Shown in pieces: positions 47,537 to 56,071 of a stretch of DNA of 58,246 bases (positions are counted from its first letter, which is position 1; each line of letters starts with the position of its first letter). The notes under the pieces are model-generated. The model was not told where the DNA came from. It saw only the letters and a list, made by a program, of their open reading frames with translations, and ran no database searches. The position numbers were made by a program, and so were the translations under genes. This DNA comes from Gemmatimonadota bacterium (GTDB lineage Bacteria; Gemmatimonadota; Gemmatimonadetes; Gemmatimonadales; GWC2-71-9). The stretch spans positions 1 through 58,246 of the forward strand of contig JAZDCY010000020.1 of assembly GCA_036679645.1 (NCBI GenBank), written 5' to 3'.

Positions 47537-48170
47537 CGACGATACTGCGCAACCGTTCGGCGCTGGGGTCCTGCGGATCGCCAAAGGGGTGGGAGTGACC
47601 CTCGGGGTCGAGTACGACGGACGGACAGATGAACTCCAGCTTATGTGCACTCAGCTGCTCCTTCACGACCTGGGTGGACACGGCAGCGGCAGCCGCGACC
47701 CGGCCCGCCCCGAGTTCACGCGCGGTGCTCGCCGAGGCCAGCATCTTCCACGGCGCGACCAGGTGACCATCGACGATCACCACCGTCCGCTCGCCAAGGG
47801 ACCGGATCTGTCGTTGCCCACGGAAGAGCAGCCGCTCGGACTTGACCGCCCGGCGGGCCTTGTCAATTGCCTCATTGAGCGCATCCATCAGGTCAAAGGT
47901 CGGCTCGAAATGTGAATCGATGACCGCGTCACCGTCCTCGGCGATCGCCCCGACGATGCCATGCCCTTCCACGCGGACGTGGGCGCCGATGATGACGTCG
48001 AACGACGCGGTCATCGACTGGGCGGCGTGCGCAGCGATCTCGACACCGGTCGGCGTGATCCCGAGCAGTACGAGCGGCGGTGACAACCTTTGGTACAGCT
48101 GTCGCCCAAGCATGGTCCCCGCCGCCATGCGGGAGGGGTAGAGGGCCTGTTCTCCTGTGGCTTCAGTCAT
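47517..48170 (-). CDS. Phosphoribosyltransferase-fold protein with degenerate PRPP-binding loop
   Basis: YPSRMAAG..L, LLGITPTGV, GAIAEDG, RTVVIVDGHLV (canonical VDDGxATG), GAGRVAAAAAV. Confidence 0.7.
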   Translation of the reverse strand: MTEATGEQALYPSRMAAGTMLGRQLYQRLSPPLVLLGITPTGVEIAAHAAQSMTASFDVIIGAHVRVEGHGIVGAIAEDGDAVIDSHFEPTFDLMDALNEAIDKARRAVKSERLLFRGQRQIRSLGERTVVIVDGHLVAPWKMLASASTARELGAGRVAAAAAVSTQVVKEQLSAHKLEFICPSVVLDPEGHSHPFGDPQDPSAERLRSIVVAREAA

Positions 48171-48335
48171 CGGCCACCAATCTGGGGTGTGGGTGGGGCC
48201 GCGCGCAACGTCTTGGGGAACGCCGGCGTGGTTGGGGACCGTTATATTGAACGGGTTATACCAGCGCCAGATTACGAATAGGCGACGGCCGGCCCCGTGC
48301 GGGATGCGGCTCCACCCTATCAGAGGTTTTGTGTT

Positions 48336-50219
48336 ATGACCAGCGTAGCGCCTGACCAGCGGATGGCGTCCAAGCCCTCCGATCCCAATACTGTCGGCGA
48401 GAAGGAAGCCCGCGCCGTCGCCGAGGCGGCTCGCGAGACCGAGTGGGACAAGCCATCGTTCGTCCGCCAGCTGTTCGAGGGCCGGTTCCGGCTGGACCTC
48501 ATCCATCCGTACCCCGAACTGAACGACCCCGACGAGGCCGCACGTGCCGCGCCGTGGATCGAGCGCCTAGAGCGGTTCATGCGCGAAGAGGTCGATCCCG
48601 ATCAGATCGATCGCGACCGCAAGCTGCCGGCGAGCGTGATCGACGGACTGCGCGCACTCGGGGCCTTCGGCATCAAGATCCCGCAGGAGTACGGCGGACT
48701 CGGATTCTCGCAGACGACCTACAACAAGGCACTCGCCCTCGTGGCGAGCGTCGATGGCTCGGTGGCAACACTGCTCTCGGCGCATCAGTCGATTGGTGTC
48801 CCACAGCCGCTCAAGTTGTTCGGGACGCCCGAGCAGAAAGCCAAATATTTCCCCCGGCTCGCGAAGGGGGAGATAAGCGCGTTCGCGCTCACCGAGACCG
48901 GCGTGGGGAGCGACCCGGCCCGCATGGAGGCAACCGCAGAGCTGACCGAAGATGGGACGCACTACATCCTGAACGGAGAGAAGCTCTGGTGCACCAACGG
49001 CACCATCGCCGACATCATCGTGGTGATGGCCAAGACGGGCGAACGCCGGATCAGTGCGTTCATCGTGGAAACCGCGTGGGAAGGCGTAGAGGTCACTCAG
49101 CGACTCCACTTCATGGGCCTCAACGGCATCGAAAACGGCGTCCTCACGTTCAAGAACGTGCGGGTACCCAAGGAGAACCTGCTCGGGGCGGAGGGCCGGG
49201 GACTGAAGCTGGCCCTGGTCACGCTCAACACGGGCCGTCTCACGGTTCCGTCCGTCTCCGCGTCCGCCGTCAAGCGTTGCATCGAGATCGTGCGGACCTT
49301 CGCCTCCACACGTGTGCAGTGGGGCGCGCCGGTGGGCAAGCACGACGCCGTAGCACAGAAAATCGGGTCGATGACGGCGCACGCTTGGGCAATGAGCGCG
49401 GTGGCCGAGCTGGCGACGCTCATGAACGACGCCGGCTACGACATCCGCCTCGAGGCGGCCATCGCGAAGATGTGGAATACGGAACGGGGCTGGGAGATCA
49501 TCGACGACACGCTCCAGGTGCGGGGCGGACGCGGGTACGAGACGGCCTGGTCGCTCGCCTCCCGCGGCGAGGCCCCGATCCCCGTCGAGCGGATGATGCG
49601 AGATTTTCGCATCAACCTGATCTTCGAGGGATCGAGCGAGATCATGCGTCTGTTCATTGCCCGCGAGGCGGTGGACAGCCACCTGAAGGTCGCCGGCGCG
49701 CTGGTGGACCCCGATGCGTCGTCCGGCGCCAAGCTGGCCGCCCTGATCAGAACGGCGTTCCACTACGCATGGTGGTATCCCACGCGATGGTTTGGCTGGG
49801 GCCTGTGGCCCCGCTACGGCGAGTTCGGGAAGCTCGCTCGGCACGTGCGCTACGTGGATCGTGCGTCACGCCGGCTGGCACGCAGTCTCTTCTATGCCAT
49901 CGTCCGCTTCGGACCGAAGCTCGAGAAGAAGCAGTCGGTCCTCGGAAGGCTCGTGGAGATCGGCGCGGAGCTGTTCGCGATGACGGCGGCATGCGCTCGC
50001 GCGCAGAAGCTGGTCAAGAGCAAGAGCGCCGAGGAGCGCGCCAACGCCGCCCGAGCCGTGGGGCTGGCCGACGTGTTCTGTCGTATCGCACGCCGTCGCG
50101 TGGAAGATCGCATCGATCGCCTGTTCGACAACGACGACGACGCCATCTACAAGGTGGCCTCACGCGTGCTGACAGACGAGTACCTCTGGCTCGAGCAGGA
50201 CGGCATCGTGCAGCTGTAG
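48336..50219 (+). CDS. Long acyl-CoA dehydrogenase (VLCAD/ACAD9/FadE10-like)
   Basis: [60 protein letters not shown] 9 nt before ATG 48336. Confidence 0.95.
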   Translation: MTSVAPDQRMASKPSDPNTVGEKEARAVAEAARETEWDKPSFVRQLFEGRFRLDLIHPYPELNDPDEAARAAPWIERLERFMREEVDPDQIDRDRKLPASVIDGLRALGAFGIKIPQEYGGLGFSQTTYNKALALVASVDGSVATLLSAHQSIGVPQPLKLFGTPEQKAKYFPRLAKGEISAFALTETGVGSDPARMEATAELTEDGTHYILNGEKLWCTNGTIADIIVVMAKTGERRISAFIVETAWEGVEVTQRLHFMGLNGIENGVLTFKNVRVPKENLLGAEGRGLKLALVTLNTGRLTVPSVSASAVKRCIEIVRTFASTRVQWGAPVGKHDAVAQKIGSMTAHAWAMSAVAELATLMNDAGYDIRLEAAIAKMWNTERGWEIIDDTLQVRGGRGYETAWSLASRGEAPIPVERMMRDFRINLIFEGSSEIMRLFIAREAVDSHLKVAGALVDPDASSGAKLAALIRTAFHYAWWYPTRWFGWGLWPRYGEFGKLARHVRYVDRASRRLARSLFYAIVRFGPKLEKKQSVLGRLVEIGAELFAMTAACARAQKLVKSKSAEERANAARAVGLADVFCRIARRRVEDRIDRLFDNDDDAIYKVASRVLTDEYLWLEQDGIVQL

Positions 50220-50245
50220 CACGAGTCGCTGGCGCCAAGGGCAAC

Positions 50246-50278
50246 GGCGGGTCGGCCTTGGAGTCGGCCCGCCTGTTT
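50246..50278 (+). terminator. Probable intrinsic terminator after the acyl-CoA dehydrogenase
   Basis: GGCGGGTCGGC-CTTGGA-GTCGGCCCGCC (11 bp including 2 G.U pairs) followed by TGTTT. Confidence 0.55.
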
Positions 50279-50384
50279 GCGTGTCGCATGCTCCAGCGAG
50301 ACAGGGAGCGCGGACGCTGGCGGCGTTCTTGCGGAGCCCCTGATTCAGAGACACTTTCACTCACTACCTCCTCGAACGGGCACC

Positions 50385-53300
50385 GTGCTCATACCGCGTC
50401 GATCTGTCACTGTCGCACTTGGTCTATTGATCGGTGTCCTCGCCGTTGCCGCGAGCTGCTCCGACGAAACCGGCCCGAACCAACCCGTCGAGGCCCGTTT
50501 CACAGTGGCCCCCGTTTTCGGTGGCGCGGCCAGCGCGATCGACCTTGCCAGCATCCGGTTCGTGTTGACCCGCGCCTCAGACGGATCCATTGCCCGGGAC
50601 ACCGTACTTCAGATCGCGGCCGGCCAGGATTCCGTCGATCTCGAGCTGACCGTTCCGGTGCTGATACCAGGCGAGACATTCTTCCTCACGCTCGCGATGG
50701 TCGATGTGGCCGGTGATACCGTATTCCGCGGCGGCCCGACCGAGGTAACGCCTGCCGCGTCCGGCGGCACGCCTCCTGTCGTACCCGTGGAGGTCGTGTA
50801 TGTCGGGACCGGGTTCGATGCGGTGGGTGTCAGCATCCTGCCACGCGACACGTCCACGTTCTTCGGCGAGGCGGTGATTCTGACCGCCGTGGCGTTGGAC
50901 AGTCTTGGGCTACCGATTCCCGGCACGCCTATCGTGTGGAGCACACCTGACCCCGCACAGGCAAGCGTCCCGGATGCTGGCAGCGGGCGGGTCATAGGCG
51001 GGAGCGCGCGAGGCACCGCGCGGATCGTTGCACAATTGTTGACGGGCCAGCGCGATACGGCATCGGTCTCGGTGCAGCCCGTCCCCAACAGCATCGTGGC
51101 CGACCAGGGGAACAACCAGACGGGTGACATTGGTGGTCCCCTCGGCCAGGCGCTCGTGGCGAGAGTGCTCGCCGCCGATGGACTCGGTGTGGAGGGTGTC
51201 TACGTCATATTCGCTGTGACCGGTGGAGGGGGATCGCTCCTCCCCATCGATTCAGCGAAGACGGATTCTACCGGACGCGCCACTGTCATGTGGACGTTGG
51301 GTCCCACGGTGGGCCTCCAGACGGTGGACGCGACCACCGCGCGACTGCCCGCCGCTAGTGCCGTGTTCTCAGCCACCGGCCTTTCAATCAATGCGACGTG
51401 GGTCAATGCCGCGGGCGGCAACTGGAGTGTCGGCGCCAATTGGGACATGGGCGTGGTTCCCGGACCGCTCGACACGGCGTTCATCCAATTGGACGGGACG
51501 TATACGGTCGTCGTGGATGTCGCGGCGAGCGCGGCGGCGCTCATCGTGGGCGGGAGCAGTGGCACGCAAACGCTGCAACTGCCGCCGGGGGGACCCACGC
51601 TCACGGTGACTGGCGGTGGTGCGTTCACGCCCACGACAGTGCTGCTAATCGAGGGCGGTACCATCGACAACGCGGGTACTCTGAGTCTCCAAGGCGCCTT
51701 TGGCTGGATCGACGGCGGATTGGCCGGGACCGGGACGACGCGGATTGAGACTGGAGCATCCCTCGCGATCGGCGGGACGGTTGCCAAGTCTCTCGACGCC
51801 CAGACACTCGCCAACGCGGGGACGGCGTCGTGGCGCGGCACAGGGCCCGTCAACGCCGGGAACGGTGCGGCGTTCATCAACGAGGCCACCGGCACGCTCG
51901 GCGTCGATGCAACCGGCTCCTTCACCGGCGGGGCAGCCGCGTCGTTCTTGAACCAGGGGTCGCTCACCCGTTTCGGGACCGGTACAACCACCTTGGGCGT
52001 TGCGTTCGACAACGACGGGACCGCGGACGTGACCGGCGGAACGCTTGATCTGACCGGGGGCGGGATCAGCACCGGTGGGTTCACCGTCTCGGCCGGCGCG
52101 ACGTTGCAGTTCGGCAACGGCACCCACGACCTCCAGGCCGGCTCCTCCGTCTCGGGGGCCGGGAACGTGACGTTTGGTAACCTCGGGACCGCGACGATTG
52201 GTGGGAGTTACGCAATCACCGGCACCACGACCACGCTGGCACTCGGGGTGGCCGATTTCTCGAGTGCCACCACCAGCACCACCACCAACCTCACGATGGG
52301 CGGCGGCACCGTCGACGGGACCGGCATCCTATCGGTGACCGGGCTCTTGTCCTGGACTAACGGCGTGATGCGGGGTATTGGCACTACCGTCGTCGAGGCC
52401 ACCGGTACGCTCAACATCAGCACCACCTCGACGGTCCTCCTGATCGATCGCACCGTCCAGAACGCGGGGACCACGAACTGGACGGGTACCGGACTGGTTG
52501 GAGGCGCCGGCGGCACGTTCGAGAACCTGGCAACGGGAACGTTCAACGCGCAGTCCACCGCACAGTGGCTGCAGAATCTCGGCGGCGCGGCCCCTGTATT
52601 CATCAATAGTGGCGCGTTCGTACGAAGTGGGGCCGGGACGAGCACCATTGCGGTGGCGTTCGACAACGGCGGCTCCGTCGATGTCCAGGGCGGTACGCTG
52701 AGCTTGTCCGGTGGGGGCACGGCTTCCGCCAGCTTCACCGCAAGCGCGCCGGCCGCGGTCCTGAACTTCTCCGGCGGCACGCACGTGCTTCAGGCGCTGT
52801 CGAGCGTTTCGGGCACGGGACAGATCATCTTCGGTGGGGCGACGGCAACGGTCAGCGGCACGTTCACGCCATCGGTCGGTGCGATCGTGGCTGCCGGAAA
52901 CGTCACGTTTACTACCGCCTTCACTACCGGTAATCTCACCGTCTCTGGTGGGAATCTCACGCTCGGACCCGGCACGACGTCGGTCACGTCGTTTGTCACC
53001 AGCGGCACCGGCACCCTGACGATGACCAATCCAGCGACGGTTCTGGCGGTCGGGGCGGGACCCGGCGCGAACGGCGACGTAACCTTCGGCGGTGGCAGCA
53101 CCGCGGGCCTGCTCACCGCCGGCACGATCCAGCTTGACGGAGATTTCACGCAGACGAGCACCACCTCGACCACCAGCTTCGCGGCCAGCGGCACACACAT
53201 CACCGAGTTCCTGGTCGCGAGCATCGTCTCGTTCGACAATGCATCGGCCACGGAATCTCGCTTCGCGTTCCTGGCGATCACGGATGCTGATGTCTTCCTG

Positions 53301-55820
53301 ACGACACGCGCCCACGTGCTGTTCGATGCCCAAGTGACGGACGTCGGGGTGAGCGGCGCCGCGAGTCTGTTCGGAATCGGGCATCTGATCGTCGACCGTA
53401 ACCTGACGGCAATCGAGAACAACGGCGTGTTGTTCACGCTCGACAGCATCACGGTCGGCGGCGTGTTGTCGGAGTCGGGCGGCGTGGGCATCTCTGTCAC
53501 GTTCGCGCGCTTCACGGGCACGGGCCAGACTATACCAACCATCCCGTCGTATCAGGACGTCGATATCACGGGTACTGCATCCTTTGCCGGTACCGACAAC
53601 ATCCCCGGTACCCTCACTGTATCCGGATCCGGGAACCTGACGATCGGCGCGGCACAGACGATTACAGTCGGGGGCGACTTCAGTACCACGGGATCGGCAA
53701 CATTGACCATGAACGCGGCTGGAGCCGTGCTCGGCGTGAACGGCGACGTGACATTCGACGGCGGCAGCACGAACGGCCTACTCACGGCAGGCACGCTCAG
53801 CCTCGATGGCGACTTCTTTCAGACGAGCACCAATTCGACATCGAGCTTTGCCGCCAGCGGGACGCACGTGACGGAATTCATAGGCTTCTTCAACCAGTTC
53901 ATGGATTTCGAGAACTCCACGGCAACCGAGTCCCATTTCGGCAACCTGGACCTCCTGGGTGACGACAACACGATCTCGGTGAATACGCGCGTGCACGTCG
54001 TCGGCGACCTCCTGGTAACGGAGGGCTCGAACATTATCACGGTAGATGGCCCGGGTCCCCTCTCTGTGGACGGCGACATTGACGTTGTTGAGAATGCTTC
54101 ATTCGCGGAACTCTTCACCGATACGGTCTCCGTCGCCGGCGCGCTCTTCGTTAGCGGGTCGTTTTCGGCGACGCTCACCGAATTCCGCGGTGTCGCGCAG
54201 ACAATTCCTACGGACTTCTACGGCGATGTGCTCGTGAGTGGCACGGCTGGAATCGGCGGGCCCGGCTCAACGTCGATGCTCGATGTTACAGTCACGGGCG
54301 ACCTCTCCCTTGGCATCTTTGCCCTCACGGTTCAGGGGAACCTCTTGACCACCGGGTCGGGCACGTTGACCATGGACAATGCGCTGTCCGTCCTGAACGT
54401 TGTCGGCAATGCCACGTTCGCCGGCGGCAGCACGGCTGGTCTGCTGACGAACGGCCAGCTCACCGTAACCGGAAACTTCACCCAGCTCGCGACAAACTCC
54501 TCCGAGAGCTTCGCCGCGTCGGCCACACACAATGTCACCTTCAGCTCGGCCCTGGCGCAGTCCGTCTCGTTCGCCACCCCGGGCGGTACGGGGTTCTCCC
54601 ACTTTGCCGACCTGGAAATCCTCAATACCGCCGCTGCCGTGAGTCTCGCGACGGCCGCGCAGGTTGATGGTAATGTCACCGTGACGAGCGGCACATTGAA
54701 CGGAGCAAACACGCTGACGACGCCGGGAAACGTCACGGTGACGGGAACGATGTCGGTAGGGACGCTCTCTCTAGGGGGAGCGCTCACCGGTACGGGAACG
54801 TACTCGGTCGCGACTACGGTGCTCACCGGAAACGGACAGGTGATACCCACCTTCGGGTTTATCGCACTCAGCTACACGAATATCGAGGTGGCGTCCCCGT
54901 CGGCCGGCGTCGCCACGACCTTTGCGACCGGGATCTCCATTAGCGGTAATCTCACGGTGACGGCGAATGGAGATCTGGACATTAGCGCGATCCCTTTGAC
55001 CGTGCAGGGGAACGTCACGGTGTCCGGCAACGGAAGCATGTACCTGGGATTCTCAGTGAGTCTCACGGTGGCCGGCGATTTAGCAACGCAGGATGCCGGA
55101 CACATAGCCATGGGGGTTGGCGATATCATCGACATCAACGGGAACGTGACCTTCGGCGGCGGATCCACGGCGGGGTTGATCACAGGAGGGCAAATCAACA
55201 TCGGCGGGAACTTCGTGCAAACCGGGGCGAGTAGCACCACCAGCTTCGCGCCCACCGGAACGCTTGTGACGTTCGACGGTGTGACGGCCCAGTCCATCAG
55301 CTTCGCCAATCCGGCGACTTCGCTCTTCAACAACCTTCGCATCAGCAACAGCTCGGTGGGCGGGATCAGCCTCTCGAGCGATGTGCTCGTACAGCAGCTC
55401 CTCGATACGCCCGACAACCTCGTGACCCGAAACGTGTTCGGCAACGGCAACACGCTCACGACGCGAAGTATCGACTTCGACAACCTCGCGCTCGACAACG
55501 TCCCGCTCGTCGTGGAGTTCGTTGCCGGTCTCTCTGGAACGATGACGATCGACAATCTGAGCTTCGCGAACTATGCCGCGACCGATATCGTGCTGACGAT
55601 CATCCGACAGGGCGGCCTGCCATTCTACACCTTCTTGGATTTCACAACGCTCTCCACCCCCTCGGGCGGCGGCGCATGGGTGCGTATCCGGGATGACGAC
55701 GGTCCCGTGACCAACGGCACGTTCAGTCCACAGTTCGAAAGTGCCCGCCCCACGACGCCGCCTGCCGGATACATCATCGAGGAGAACGGCGCCACGCACT
55801 GCTGGGCCAGTTGTGTTTAG
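50385..55820 (+). CDS. Large surface lipoprotein (about 1811 aa): Ig-like stalk plus Gly/Thr-rich beta-helix-like repeats (adhesin-like)
   Basis: Lipobox AASC; Big-like modules (LTAVALDS.G.PIPG..IVWS; GNNQTG...WTLGP..G.QTV.A); NAAGGNWS..NW....P cap motif; repeated VTFGGGSTAGLLT..SFAASGTH units; GTG 50385 start inferred. Confidence 0.85.
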   Translation: MLIPRRSVTVALGLLIGVLAVAASCSDETGPNQPVEARFTVAPVFGGAASAIDLASIRFVLTRASDGSIARDTVLQIAAGQDSVDLELTVPVLIPGETFFLTLAMVDVAGDTVFRGGPTEVTPAASGGTPPVVPVEVVYVGTGFDAVGVSILPRDTSTFFGEAVILTAVALDSLGLPIPGTPIVWSTPDPAQASVPDAGSGRVIGGSARGTARIVAQLLTGQRDTASVSVQPVPNSIVADQGNNQTGDIGGPLGQALVARVLAADGLGVEGVYVIFAVTGGGGSLLPIDSAKTDSTGRATVMWTLGPTVGLQTVDATTARLPAASAVFSATGLSINATWVNAAGGNWSVGANWDMGVVPGPLDTAFIQLDGTYTVVVDVAASAAALIVGGSSGTQTLQLPPGGPTLTVTGGGAFTPTTVLLIEGGTIDNAGTLSLQGAFGWIDGGLAGTGTTRIETGASLAIGGTVAKSLDAQTLANAGTASWRGTGPVNAGNGAAFINEATGTLGVDATGSFTGGAAASFLNQGSLTRFGTGTTTLGVAFDNDGTADVTGGTLDLTGGGISTGGFTVSAGATLQFGNGTHDLQAGSSVSGAGNVTFGNLGTATIGGSYAITGTTTTLALGVADFSSATTSTTTNLTMGGGTVDGTGILSVTGLLSWTNGVMRGIGTTVVEATGTLNISTTSTVLLIDRTVQNAGTTNWTGTGLVGGAGGTFENLATGTFNAQSTAQWLQNLGGAAPVFINSGAFVRSGAGTSTIAVAFDNGGSVDVQGGTLSLSGGGTASASFTASAPAAVLNFSGGTHVLQALSSVSGTGQIIFGGATATVSGTFTPSVGAIVAAGNVTFTTAFTTGNLTVSGGNLTLGPGTTSVTSFVTSGTGTLTMTNPATVLAVGAGPGANGDVTFGGGSTAGLLTAGTIQLDGDFTQTSTTSTTSFAASGTHITEFLVASIVSFDNASATESRFAFLAITDADVFLTTRAHVLFDAQVTDVGVSGAASLFGIGHLIVDRNLTAIENNGVLFTLDSITVGGVLSESGGVGISVTFARFTGTGQTIPTIPSYQDVDITGTASFAGTDNIPGTLTVSGSGNLTIGAAQTITVGGDFSTTGSATLTMNAAGAVLGVNGDVTFDGGSTNGLLTAGTLSLDGDFFQTSTNSTSSFAASGTHVTEFIGFFNQFMDFENSTATESHFGNLDLLGDDNTISVNTRVHVVGDLLVTEGSNIITVDGPGPLSVDGDIDVVENASFAELFTDTVSVAGALFVSGSFSATLTEFRGVAQTIPTDFYGDVLVSGTAGIGGPGSTSMLDVTVTGDLSLGIFALTVQGNLLTTGSGTLTMDNALSVLNVVGNATFAGGSTAGLLTNGQLTVTGNFTQLATNSSESFAASATHNVTFSSALAQSVSFATPGGTGFSHFADLEILNTAAAVSLATAAQVDGNVTVTSGTLNGANTLTTPGNVTVTGTMSVGTLSLGGALTGTGTYSVATTVLTGNGQVIPTFGFIALSYTNIEVASPSAGVATTFATGISISGNLTVTANGDLDISAIPLTVQGNVTVSGNGSMYLGFSVSLTVAGDLATQDAGHIAMGVGDIIDINGNVTFGGGSTAGLITGGQINIGGNFVQTGASSTTSFAPTGTLVTFDGVTAQSISFANPATSLFNNLRISNSSVGGISLSSDVLVQQLLDTPDNLVTRNVFGNGNTLTTRSIDFDNLALDNVPLVVEFVAGLSGTMTIDNLSFANYAATDIVLTIIRQGGLPFYTFLDFTTLSTPSGGGAWVRIRDDDGPVTNGTFSPQFESARPTTPPAGYIIEENGATHCWASCV

Positions 55821-55889
55821 AAGAGACTGCCGTCCCCGTGACCACAGCCCTTGGCGTCCAAGGTGAGAACCGCGCCGATCAGCTCGCGC

Positions 55890-55917
55890 TGTGGATAAGC
55901 GGGGGATAATTGGATAG
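55890..55917 (-). promoter_or_regulatory. DnaA-box-like cluster
   Basis: TGTGGATAA (reverse complement of consensus TTATCCACA) at 55890-55898; GGGGGATAA at 55901-55909; ATTGGATAG at 55909-55917. Confidence 0.45.
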
Positions 55918-56071
55918 GCTGCCACGCATGGTGCCGCTCCTGTAGGGCGACCGCAACGCCGACCGCAGACAATGCGGATTGGCGGACGCCGCTACGCCCA
56001 GTTGCGGGGATACGTCCCCGGGCCCCAGATTTGCCCTCTCATACCAAAACTCTCGGGATTCTGCCTACGGT

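Noticed and set aside
48443..50716. 757-aa alternative-frame ORF and other long shadow ORFs (e.g. 23087-24676 minus, 19252-20445 minus, 7363-8535 plus, 29165-30394 plus)
   Set aside because: Arg/Gly/Pro-rich or antisense mirrors of well-supported genes; expected in high-GC DNA with few stop codons.
55821..56071. Replication origin; also the hairpin CCTTGG-CGT-CCAAGG (55849-55863) as a terminator
   Set aside because: No AT-rich unwinding element or replication genes; the hairpin is only 6 bp with no U-tract.
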